Virus record (IMG/VR): IMGVR_UViG_3300010429_000387
Span: 96,001 to 160,000 of that record
Source: a virus
Taxonomy: Duplodnaviria; Caudoviricetes
Direction: 5' to 3' (one strand)
Length of the DNA: 64,000 nt
Numbering within the stretch: position 1 is the first letter of the stretch; each line of letters begins with the position of its first letter. Shown piece after piece: positions 46,110 through 57,200 of the stretch. The notes below the pieces were generated by a model. The model did not search any database. It had not been told where the DNA came from and was given only the letters and a program-made list of their open reading frames with translations. The position numbers and the translations under genes were made by a program.

Positions 46110-47966
46110 ATGGCTGCTGAACGCAAACCCCTGTTCATGGACCAGACCGAGGGCTTCCACGAGGAAATGGCCCTCAATGACTACTTGTCGATTGGCAAGT
46201 TGACGATTGCTGCCCCTGGCTCGGGTGGTGTCGGCATCTTGATGGGTGGCAACAAGATCACCGGTCTTGCAGATGGCACTGCAACCGGTGATGCCCTAGC
46301 TTGGGGTCAGAGTGGGGCTTACCTAGGTAACACCACGTTCACTGGCAACGTGGACATGAGTAACAACCTCATCCAGAACCTTGGTACCCCCGTCCTTCCA
46401 GACGATGCGGCCAACAAGGCATACGTGGATGCTCTTGCCCAGGGCCTAGACCCGCATCCTTCCTGTATTGTCAAGGTGGCCCGTGGTCTTGGCACTCAGG
46501 CCGTCCTGGTTGGTTCTGGTGGCTCTGGTTCGGTGACCCTCACCACCGAGACGATGCAGGTCAAGCTCCACAGTGAAGCTGCTTGGACGACCATCACCTT
46601 CTCCAGCCCGGCTGACATCGCAGCAGTTGCAGCCGCCATCAACACCCAGTACGGCTCGACCATTGCCTTCGTCAACGGCAACAACATCGACCTGAAGGAC
46701 ACCTACTGGGGCAAGAACTCCAAGGTCGAGACCCAGAACGTTGCCGCCCAGATCACGACCGATGTTGGTATCCCCAACAACGGAAGTGCCACTGGAACCG
46801 GGTTCACGGCTGCTGGATCTGGCGTAGGCAAGACGCTCACTGCTCCGACCAATTCGGCCACCTACAACTCCATCGACGGGTTCACCTTCACCGCTACGGG
46901 AGCCTCCCAGCGTGTTCTCGTTTCGATGGAAGGTGGAGCGGATACCGTTGCCGATGTAGACAACGGTATCTATTACGTTTCTGCACTCGGAAACGGATCC
47001 AGTACCAGCTTCACTCTGACTCGTGCTACAGACTGTGACCAGACCAGCGCTACTGAGTTCCATCAGGGCGTCTATGTGTATGTCACATCTGGCACCCTGA
47101 ACAAGGACACTGGTTGGAGCTGCGTCACCGTAGACCCGATCACAGTGGACACTACCCCGAACGCCTGGTCTCAGTTCTCGGGTGCCCCGAGCTACACCTA
47201 CGACCAAGGCTTGAAGAAGGTCGTCACGAGTATCCAGGTGGACCTGGATGATGGGGCGGATGCTCAGGGCGTCGGAAATCCATCAGGGACCCGTAAGTCT
47301 GGCTTGGAGTTTGATGTAGACACTGCAAGCGGCAAACTCCGGGTGGCCGTTGCGGCTGCTGGTGGTATCCAGCGCAACCAGACGGCTGGTGGTATCGAGA
47401 TCAAGGTCAACACCACCCCCAACGCCACAGTGGCCGTGGGTGCAGGTGGCCTCTCGGTCCTCGGTGTTCCGGCTACCTTCACCATCGGTGGAACGGCAGT
47501 CAGTGCCAACGTCACGGCAACCAACCTCAACACTCTGACGGCTGGCTCGTCCAGCAACGCTGACTCCCTCCACACCCACTCCAGCCTCGTGAGCACTTCG
47601 GCCCCCAAGGTCATCGTGCCCATGACGGCTACCTCCGGTAGCACTGTGGTTGCTGGGGACCCCGTGTACATCAACGCCAGCAACACGGTGGATGCAGCGG
47701 ATTGTGCCGTTGACGCTAAGTCTCGTGTCATTGGCCTCTCGCTCTCTGCACCTGGGGCCTTGGATGCGGTCAGCGTTCAGGTCACGGGCATCATGACGGG
47801 GATTCTCTCGGGAGCTTCGGCTGGAGCACCCTACTACCTCGCCACGACCCATGGCCTCAGTAATGCCCTGCCCTCTGGCGGGAAGCGAGTGGTTCAGTGT
47901 GGCTTCGCATTGAATGCCACCGACTTGTTCATCCGGATCGTGGACTACGGCAAGAAGGCTGCCTGA
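46110..47966 (+). CDS. Fibre/appendage protein
   Basis: G/T/S/A-rich; NKITGLADGT, DAANKAYVD, DNGIY, LTRATD are fibre-type motifs; cement-like C-terminal domain. Confidence 0.75.
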   Translation: MAAERKPLFMDQTEGFHEEMALNDYLSIGKLTIAAPGSGGVGILMGGNKITGLADGTATGDALAWGQSGAYLGNTTFTGNVDMSNNLIQNLGTPVLPDDAANKAYVDALAQGLDPHPSCIVKVARGLGTQAVLVGSGGSGSVTLTTETMQVKLHSEAAWTTITFSSPADIAAVAAAINTQYGSTIAFVNGNNIDLKDTYWGKNSKVETQNVAAQITTDVGIPNNGSATGTGFTAAGSGVGKTLTAPTNSATYNSIDGFTFTATGASQRVLVSMEGGADTVADVDNGIYYVSALGNGSSTSFTLTRATDCDQTSATEFHQGVYVYVTSGTLNKDTGWSCVTVDPITVDTTPNAWSQFSGAPSYTYDQGLKKVVTSIQVDLDDGADAQGVGNPSGTRKSGLEFDVDTASGKLRVAVAAAGGIQRNQTAGGIEIKVNTTPNATVAVGAGGLSVLGVPATFTIGGTAVSANVTATNLNTLTAGSSSNADSLHTHSSLVSTSAPKVIVPMTATSGSTVVAGDPVYINASNTVDAADCAVDAKSRVIGLSLSAPGALDAVSVQVTGIMTGILSGASAGAPYYLATTHGLSNALPSGGKRVVQCGFALNATDLFIRIVDYGKKAA

Positions 47967-47988
47967 TAACCCAGCGGTAGTACGGTAG

Positions 47989-48041
47989 ACCTTCTGTGCC
48001 GATAGATTCTACCAGGACTCTTCGGCACAGAAGGTTTTTTT
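47989..48041 (+). terminator. Intrinsic terminator
   Basis: ACCTTCTGTGCCGA ... TCGGCACAGAAGGT (14-bp arms) followed by a T-tract. Confidence 0.75.
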
Positions 48042-48056
48042 CTAAGAGGGACCCCT

Positions 48057-48593
48057 GTGGCAATAGACCGAGTACAACCTCTGAAGCTCGAAGCCCCCGA
48101 CACGGGTGGAGAGGACACTGACGAGTTTCCTACTGCGGTCAACGTCCAGGAAGATCACATCGAGTGTGCAGGTATCGTTCTTGATGATGCAGATCATCGG
48201 GATGAGACTACTCGAATCTGGAGGGTAGGGGACAATCTCACCTTCATAGACCCCTCTAATCCAACCCCACACACCCTTACCGACTTGCTTGCTGGCTCGG
48301 GTGGGCTGACTGAGGAGTCTCATCGGCTCCTCGACCAGCTCACTCACGAGATCGACGAATCAAGTTTCGATGAGATCACCAGGGTCAGTGGGAAAGTCAC
48401 GAACATCACCGTTTGGGACGGACCCTCAAAGCTCAAGAAGATCCGGGAGGCGGTCATCTCCCGCACCGGAGGGAAGGTCTCTCAGATCGTGACCACTCAG
48501 TACGATGCAGCAGGTTTGGTCAAGGAAACCCTGACCGAGGTCATCGCAAGGACCGGCGGAAAGGTTGTTTCGATCACTAGGACGAGGTCTTGA
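48057..48593 (+). CDS. Hypothetical virion protein
   Basis: GAGG RBS; three I.R..GKV..I repeats. Confidence 0.7.
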   Translation: MAIDRVQPLKLEAPDTGGEDTDEFPTAVNVQEDHIECAGIVLDDADHRDETTRIWRVGDNLTFIDPSNPTPHTLTDLLAGSGGLTEESHRLLDQLTHEIDESSFDEITRVSGKVTNITVWDGPSKLKKIREAVISRTGGKVSQIVTTQYDAAGLVKETLTEVIARTGGKVVSITRTRS

Positions 48594-48594
48594 G

Positions 48595-51243
48595 ATGGGC
48601 ACTTTCGTAATCGGTGAGGTAGAGGTCACCAACGAGGTTAGCCTCGCTCCTAGTGCAGCTCTTTATGATGGTTCGGTGGTTTCGGATGGGGACCTGACCG
48701 TCAAGGTCAACGGCTTCTACTATGACATGAGTGGAACCAAGGGGAAGTACCTTGGTTCCGTTGGCAATGCTGTCACCGATGACGCTACCAACTATGTCTA
48801 CCTCAACGGATCCGCTGCTCTAGTCATCAACACCACTGGGTATCCTGTTGGAGACCACATCCGTCTTGCTCGGGTCATTGCAGCCGGTGGGATCATCGTT
48901 CGTATCGTTCTCGAACGAGCCTTCCTCACGTCAGCCTCCAATCCCTCTGGGTCGGTCCCTATCAACCGGGAGATCAACACCACCAACGGGCTCCAAGGAG
49001 GTGGAGACCTCACTACAAACAGGACCCTGTCCCCGGTCTACGGGAACACGGCCAACACGGTCACTCAGGGGGATGACTCTCGACTCTCCAACGACCGAAC
49101 TGCCTCTGGGGTCAGGACAGCTACCACGGTCGTTTCGGTTTCCGCTTCTCCCGAGCCCACAGCAGGTCAGGTTCTTGTAGCCACAAGCGGGACGGCTGCC
49201 GTTTGGTCCAACATCGTTGCTGGAAGTGACGGCTGGGTTCAGTTCAATGACAACGGGGTACTCGGGGCTCAGTCGGGGTTCTCCTACGATAAGGCGAGTG
49301 GAACCCTCACCATTGGGCCAGCTACCATCTACCCGTTCAATCCTCTGGATATCGCAGGAAACACCGACGGCTACCTGCAAGTCATCATCCAGAACAAGAG
49401 CGCAGGCACAGCAGCTTCCACCGACCTATGCCTCACGGCTGATAACGGGGACGACTCGGTCAACTTCATCGACCTAGGGATCGGTGGGTCGAACTATGCT
49501 GACCCCAACTGGAGCATCCTCGAAGCGAACGATGGTTACCTCTACGTCCAGGGAAACAACCTGGCGATTGGGACCGATACCACTGGGAAGTACGTCAACT
49601 TCTTCACGGGTGGTACGACCAGTGACGAGCTTCGGGCTACCATTGATGACAACGGGATCAACCTTCCAACAGGTCTGACCTATCGGGTCAACAGTGTCGC
49701 CCTACCTCTCCTCACTTCCTCGGCTCCGGCAGATGTCACCAAGGATACAGCGGCAGTAGGTACAGCCACAGACGCAGCCAGGTCCGACCACAAGCACAAC
49801 ATCTCCACCGGAACAGCTTCAGCTCAGACCCCCGGAGACTCTGCTGCTGAGGGCACGGCAACCTCTCTGGCTCGGTCGGACCACAAGCACTCTCTCCCGT
49901 CCTTCGGTACGACCTCTGGGACCTTCGCCCAGGGCAACGACTCTAGGTTCTCGGATGCTCGGACCCCTACTGCCCATGCCTCAACCCACATTCCAGGAGG
50001 TAGTGATGCCCTTGCTACTGGGACCCCGGTCGATGTAGGCTCTGCCAACGCTGAAGGGTCAGGGACCAGCTTCTCCCGGTCGGACCACGTACACAAGCAC
50101 GGTGACCAGGCCGGTGGGAGTCAGCACTCGGCTGCCACCACCTCGGTGGCTGGGTTCCTCTCAGCTACCGACAAGTCGAAGCTCGATGGCATCGCTGCTG
50201 GGGCCACGAACAGCCCCTTGACGAGTTCGGCCCCGGCCAATGTCACTAAGACCACGGCGGGGGTCGGGACCTCGGGGGAGGCAGCAAGAGCCGACCACAA
50301 GCACGACATCTCCACAGCTTCGGCCTCGGGTGGGGTCACCATCGGAGCCTCGGCCGCTGAAGGTACAGCAACCTCACTGGCCCGCTCAGACCACGTTCAT
50401 GCTGTTGGTACCCCTGGTGACCCGGCGGATGTGACCAAAGCGACTGCCTCCGCTGGTTCGAGTTCGACCCCAGCAAGAGCCGACCACAAGCACGACATCT
50501 CTACCGCTGCCCCTGGTTCGGCTGCCATCGGAGACACAGCCACAGAGGGTACAGCAACCTCGCTGGCCCGCTCAGACCACAAGCATGGGATCTCAGCCGG
50601 GATCCCAGTGGATGTCGGGACCTCCAATACGGCTGGGTCTGCCTCCACCTTCTCTCGGTCGGACCACGTCCACAACACCCCCTTCAGTGCCGTTCAGACT
50701 GCCTTGGGGGCTGCTTCTGGTTCGGTCAGCTTCAATGGGCAGTCCCTAACCAACGTTGCTGAGATCAACGGGATTCGGAACTACGGACCCCTCAATGCAG
50801 ACCCTTCTAGCCCTGCCCCCGAGACTGGGGACACTTACTACAACACGGTCATTGACGCCCCGATGTTCTACGATGGGACCAAAGCCAAGTGGCTTGGGGC
50901 AGCGGTCCCCCCCATCTATGCAGGGGCTAGTGGACTCACGGCGGCTGGGAGCTACTTCCGTGGGATGGATGGTCTAGCTTTCGGCACGAATCGAGGGATC
51001 CCAGTCCCGAAGGGGACTCTGGTCGGGCTTCTCATCTCGATGACAACCAACGCCACCTCTGACGTGGAAGTTCTTGTGGATACCACTGTGATTGCGACGG
51101 TTGGAGTCACTACTGCGGGACTCACCTCGGATACGACTCTCAATGCTGACTTCAGTGCAGGACTCATGAAGTTCAGGAACAAGTCAACCGGGGCAACCAT
51201 GTTCAACGTACAAATCACAGCTCAGATGAAGAGGAGAGCCTGA
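48595..51243 (+). CDS. Fibre protein with eight R[SA]DHxH repeats
   Basis: S/T/A/G-rich; repeats and other modules shared with the next gene. Confidence 0.8.
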   Translation: MGTFVIGEVEVTNEVSLAPSAALYDGSVVSDGDLTVKVNGFYYDMSGTKGKYLGSVGNAVTDDATNYVYLNGSAALVINTTGYPVGDHIRLARVIAAGGIIVRIVLERAFLTSASNPSGSVPINREINTTNGLQGGGDLTTNRTLSPVYGNTANTVTQGDDSRLSNDRTASGVRTATTVVSVSASPEPTAGQVLVATSGTAAVWSNIVAGSDGWVQFNDNGVLGAQSGFSYDKASGTLTIGPATIYPFNPLDIAGNTDGYLQVIIQNKSAGTAASTDLCLTADNGDDSVNFIDLGIGGSNYADPNWSILEANDGYLYVQGNNLAIGTDTTGKYVNFFTGGTTSDELRATIDDNGINLPTGLTYRVNSVALPLLTSSAPADVTKDTAAVGTATDAARSDHKHNISTGTASAQTPGDSAAEGTATSLARSDHKHSLPSFGTTSGTFAQGNDSRFSDARTPTAHASTHIPGGSDALATGTPVDVGSANAEGSGTSFSRSDHVHKHGDQAGGSQHSAATTSVAGFLSATDKSKLDGIAAGATNSPLTSSAPANVTKTTAGVGTSGEAARADHKHDISTASASGGVTIGASAAEGTATSLARSDHVHAVGTPGDPADVTKATASAGSSSTPARADHKHDISTAAPGSAAIGDTATEGTATSLARSDHKHGISAGIPVDVGTSNTAGSASTFSRSDHVHNTPFSAVQTALGAASGSVSFNGQSLTNVAEINGIRNYGPLNADPSSPAPETGDTYYNTVIDAPMFYDGTKAKWLGAAVPPIYAGASGLTAAGSYFRGMDGLAFGTNRGIPVPKGTLVGLLISMTTNATSDVEVLVDTTVIATVGVTTAGLTSDTTLNADFSAGLMKFRNKSTGATMFNVQITAQMKRRA

Positions 51244-54200
51244 TGGCAGCCCCGATCTACATTGCCGTCAACCAGACGGTTTCTGACATTGAGTTGGTCG
51301 AGCTTCGCCTTACCGTTCCAGCCAGCGGGCAGGTCAACCTCTCGAACTTCAACCCCACTTGGAGGATCCAGTCTGACCTTGAGTTGCTGGCAGCCATCAA
51401 TGGGAACAGCATCCTCCTGAACGACGGGACCTCAACTCTCGACAAGCCTACCTCCCTTCAATATCTGTCTCCGACAGCCTCTAAGGAGGTCTTGATCAAC
51501 GTTCAAGCTGGGGCCGATGTGACTGCCTGGAGCAATGTCTCGACCTCTCTTGGGGGTGAGGCGGGGGCCACAGCAGGTCTCGTCTTCAAGTCCGATGGGG
51601 CTGGGGGCGGGTCGATGGGTAAGAACACCCAAACCATCACTCGAAGGATCACAGTAGGTCTTGCTGGTGACGTAGATTACAACTCGATTGCAGCAGCTCT
51701 TTCGGCTGCTGATTCCGGGGGTTGTAGCGCATCCAGCCCTTGGCAGATCGAGGTCTACCCAGGGACCTATACCGAAGCTCCGATGAACCTGAAGCCAGGG
51801 ATGACCCTGGTCGCTGCCCAGCAGCGAATGGACACGGTCTTCGTAGTTGCATCCAACTCAGCAGCCGACCTGTTCACCTGTACGGGCGGTTATGTGTCCG
51901 GGATCGTGGCTTCGGGCGTCACTGACTCAGCAAAATGCCTTTTCAGGTGTGCTACTGCCAACTCCCAGGTGACCTTCTTCGGAGTCAAGATCCGAAACTG
52001 TTCGACCGGGTGGGATGTCTCAGGGGGTGCCACGGTCTTCCAGAGCATCTGCTCTGCCGTCATCACAGGTCCAAGCCAGGGTATCACGACTTTTTCCAAG
52101 GTGTCGGGGTCTACCTCATACCTTGGGGTCCACAGCAACGTTCTTTCCTGTGTCTCGGCTCTTCTCCCCTACTACTCGGGGAATCCCATCCAGACGGTCT
52201 ACTGGGTTACGGACGAGGCTACTTTGTTCGTCCTGGGGGCCACCTATCGGGTTGCCCCTAAAGACTCTACCGCTGACATCTTTTTCGCTGATGAGGGGTC
52301 GAACGTCTATTGCATCTCCACTGAGATCGCTAACGTTGGAAATGCCTTCCACATTGGTTCCAGCGGAACCAACACGACGATCACCGTACAATCTACGGTA
52401 CTCACCAACAACACGCTCAACGTCTTGATCGAGTCTTCTACTGGAACTGTTTTCGCCCAAGTTTCCACTGACACTCAGAGAAAGAGCATCGTTTCAGGGG
52501 GTAAGCTACTAGGTACCATCCAGTACAGAACGGATGAGATCGAGCGATTGGTGGGTGACGTTCGGTACAGGTTTGCAGCTTCAGACAAGGATGTGAACCT
52601 GGAGGACTATTTCTCCGACTTCACTTCTACCGGAGTCTGTGAGGGTGGGGTTGTTACGGCTGGGACTGGACTGCATGTAGATGTGTCCGAGGGGGATGGC
52701 TGGTGTGTCCGACCGGACCCGTATGATGACGCTGAGTGGGTCACTTGGGCAGATGTAACGGCCCTCGATCTGACTGCCTCTTCCACTAACTACGTCCACT
52801 ATAGCCAGACTTCTCAGTCTATCGAGGTGGGAACTTCACCCCCTGGAGTTTCGGACATTCTACTTGCCACGGTTGTCACGGATGGGAGTGGGATTCGATA
52901 CCTTCACAACACCCGAACTGTTGTAGATGACCCGACTGGAAGGCTCCACCAGTACCTCCTTGCTACTAGGAAGCAGGCACTCAAGAGTGGGTGTGCGGTC
53001 ACACAGGGAACCAGTGCCCGGAAGATTTCTGTTGGGTCAGGTTCCTACTATCTGGCCCTGAATCCCATCAGCTATGCTGGAACAGGTGGAGATGCCACAT
53101 TCAGCTACTTCTACGGGACCAACGGAGCCACTGAGGTAGCCAGCCAGACTCAGCTCAGTATCACCGAGTATGACAACGCAGGGACACTGACTACCATGAC
53201 AGGCGGGTATTACCGCTTGGACACGGTTATTCTCACCTCGGATGGGCGAGTCAACGTCATCTATGGAACAGCCCAGTATTCAACCAAGGCTTTAGCTGAG
53301 GCTGCAAGCCTTGGGAACACTCCAACATTCATGGAGCCCTCGGCCTTTCCGGTGGCTCGGGTTGTTGTGCAAGAGGGGGTTGGGATCTCGGCTATCCTGG
53401 ATGCTCGACCTGCTTACGGTGGATCTGGTGGGGCTGGGGGTGTTTCCGTTCACTCCTCTCTTGCTGGGCTTGATGCAGACGACCATACTCAGTACCTCTT
53501 GGTGAGTGGTTCCCGGTCGATGAATGGGAACCTCGGCATGGGTTCCCACAACATCACTAATGTTGGAACTGTGGATGGGGTCACCGTCTCGGCTCACGCT
53601 TCCAGACATAACCCAGGTGGGGCTGATGCCCTTTCTACAGGCACCCCGGTCGCTATCTCGGTTGGGGCCAGCCCTTCTGCTGGAACAGGTTCCTCTTACG
53701 CCCTGAACGACCACCAGCATGGGATCACGGCTGGGTCCCCCTCATCTATTGGAACCGCCAACTCGGCTGGAACCGCCTCTTCTGTCGCCCGCTCGGACCA
53801 TGTTCACAACCATGGGGCTCAGACGGATGGGAGCCTTCATGCGGTTGCTACCACTACGGTAGCTGGGTTCCTTTCAGCAGCAGATAAGCTGGCCCTTGAC
53901 ACTCTGGTACTGGGTAACACCACAGTACCCGTCCGGAATGAGACCGGATCCACTCTTCTCAAGGGACGAGCTGTCACTGTTGTTGGCTGGAGCACCCCCA
54001 ACAATGTGAAGCTCGTTGCCTATGCTGACAAGGACGACCCGAATCTTCGTCCAGCTATTGGTGTTCTTCAAGCAAATCTCAGCAATAATACCACTGGAAC
54101 CGCCACCACTCAGGGCCTAATCGAGGGCATTGATACCTCTTCTTGGAGCCTCACCGACCAGTTGGTCCTTGGGAACAGTGGACTTCTGGTTAGGCCGCCA

Positions 54201-57200
54201 CCGGACAACACACCATTCACAGGGGAAGTTCAGAACATTGGCATCGTTTCCAGGGTCCATGTTTCTGACGGACATCTGATCATCGCCCTTGATGGGCTGG
54301 AAGTTGTTACCGGTCCCCAGGTATTTGCTCTTACTGGCACTTCTGGAACTCCTGGTCCCACCAACAAGTATGTCACCAACTCAGATGCTAGGGTGACTGC
54401 CGATCAGGCTGCTGGGACGGCCTCTATCCGAACTCTTGGTACGGGGGCTCTTCAAGCTACAGCAGGAAACGACTCCAGGCTCTCAGACGACCGAACTGCT
54501 TCGGGTCTCCGAACAGCTACTACGGTAGTCTCGGTCTCAGGGGCAACAGCCCCGACCGCCGGTCAGGCACTCATCGCTACTGGGGGGTCTGCTGCTACCT
54601 GGCAGACCCTCTTGGCCTTGACCTCTTCGGCCCCAGCCAACGTGACCAAGGCTACAGCCTCGGTCGGGACCTCAGGGGAGGCAGCAAGGGCCGACCACAA
54701 GCACGACATCACGACGGCCACGGCTGTCTCGGTTGGGACCGCCAACGCAGAAGGAACCTCTACTTCCCTTTCCAGGGCTGATCACGTTCACTCTGGGTTG
54801 ACCCGAGGGGCTTCCGACTTCTCTACCTTTGCGGCGAAGACCACCCCGGTTTCAGCGGACGTGTTCCTCTTGGAGGACTCGGCAGCGGGTGGGGCCAAGA
54901 AGTCCATCACCTACAGCAACCTTATGTCTATTGCTGCTGGGTACTTCGCCAACGGAGGGGATGCGGCTACTGCTACAAGGTCCCTTGGTAACACCACAGC
55001 ATTTGACCTGAACCTCATCACCAACGGGGTCACTCGGCTCACGATCACGGCTGCTGGGAACGTCACGGCTTCTGGAAGGTTGGCTTCTACAACCTACATC
55101 ATGGGTACAGGACCGGATCTCTCGTGCATTCCTGTAGTCGGGGGTCAATCCGTCATCACGACCTGGTGGGGGATGCAGCTTGTTGGGAACAAGCAATCCA
55201 ACGTCGAGTACACTCCCACCAACTACGGGGCTGCTGGGGACTACGGGATCATCATCCCTGCCCAGCAGGCGGCTGCTACAGCAGTCATGATCCGAGGGGC
55301 TACTGGGCAGTCAGGGAACCTGACCCAGTGGCAGAACCAGGCTGGATCTGTTCTGGCTTCGGTTGATGCCAGTGGCAACTTCACGGGCGGTACCTACAAC
55401 AACGTGACAGTTGCGGGCCATGCTTCTCGGCATCAGCCAGGCGGGGCAGACGCCATCCCGACAGCAACAGCGGTCTCGATTGGAACGGCCAACTCAGCGG
55501 GAACCTCGACTTCTCTGGCTCGGGCCGATCACGTCCACAACCATGGGGCTCAGACGGATGGGACTCTCCATGCAGCAGTAGTGGCTGGGGGAACTTCTGG
55601 CTTCATGACTGGGGCCGACAAGACCAAGCTGGATGGGATTGCCTCAGGGGCTACTGCCACTCCTCTGGCTTCTACTTCCCCGGCAGATGTAACCAAGGCC
55701 ACGGCAGCCGTTGGGGTTGGTTCAACAGCAGCCAGGGCCGACCACAAGCACGATGTTTCTACGGCTGCTGCTTCTTCACTTACCGTAGGTGGGGCAAGCT
55801 CGGAAGGAACCGCCACCTCTCTGGCTCGGTCGGATCACACACATGCCCTACCAGCCTTTGGCACTACAGCGGGTACCTTTGCCCAGGGCAACGACTCCCG
55901 GCTCTCAGATGACCGAACGGCTTCGGGTCTGAGGTCCGCAACTACAGTAGTTGGAGTGAGTGCGGCAACAGCCCCGACTGCCGGTCAGGCCCTCATCGCC
56001 ACCTCGGGGACCGCTGCCTCCTGGCAGACCCTCTTGACCTCGAACCTCCCAGCTAACGTGACCAAGGCTGCTGCCTCGGCTGGGACGGCCACGGATGTTT
56101 CCAGGTCGGACCACAAGCACGACATCACGACGGCAACAGCAGTTTCAGTCGGAACTGCCAACGCTGAAGGAACCGCCACTTCCCTTGCTCGGGCCGATCA
56201 CGTTCACTCAGGTCTGACCCGAGGGGCGTCGGACTTCTCGGCTTTCACCTTGAAGGCTGCTCCTGTTGCAGCGGATGTGATCCTGATTGAGGACTCGGCT
56301 GCTGCTGGGGCCAAGAAGTATGTCACTGCTGGGACGCTTCCCACTACAGACTCCAACGCTCTGCACAAGACCACCTCGGCAGAAATCTCGGCTCTGACCG
56401 AGAAGACCACCCCAGTGGATGCTGACGTGGTGGTGATCGAGGACTCGGCTGCCAGCTACGCCAAGAAGAAGGTCCAACTTCTCAACCTTCCAAGGGGTGC
56501 AACCCTAGCGGCTGCCTGTGCGACTCGAACCACAACCCAGGCAATCACCAACACATTCTCGAACATCACCTATGACACCACGGTGATCGAGACAGATGCC
56601 AACATTATCGACCATCTGGCAGCCAACCTAGACCGAATCCAGGTCAAGGTGGCTGGGACATATCTGGTCTCGTACTCCCTCAACGTTACCCCATCTGCCA
56701 CTGAGCGTTCTTACACGCAGGCCGTGAAAAATGGGTCGGTCGTGATTCCAGGGTCAGGGACCAGTACCCAGAACTATACTAATGAGGACAACCCTCATTC
56801 TACCACTTTTGTGGTATCCTTGGCTGTAAACGACTACATTAGCATCCAGGCGAGGGTCGGCTCTGGCACTGGTACAGTCACTATCCCAGCCAACATCACC
56901 GTTTACAAGCTAGATGGGACAACTGGAGCAACTGGTTCTGGATCGACCATCACGGTTCAGGAGGATGGGATCCCTGTAACGGGGACCCCCCACTCAACTC
57001 TGAACTTCGGATCTGGTATCACCACCACGAATGCTGGCTCTGGAGTTGCCCAGGTCGCTCTCGATACCTATCCGCCCCTTGGGGACAGCACAACAAGTCC
57101 CTCAGCTCCAACCAGCGGATCCCTGCTTTTTGCCAAGTTCCGTGCTGGAAGAAGGATGGCAGCTCAGATTGGCCCTTCTGGGATTGATTACTCCTTCCAA

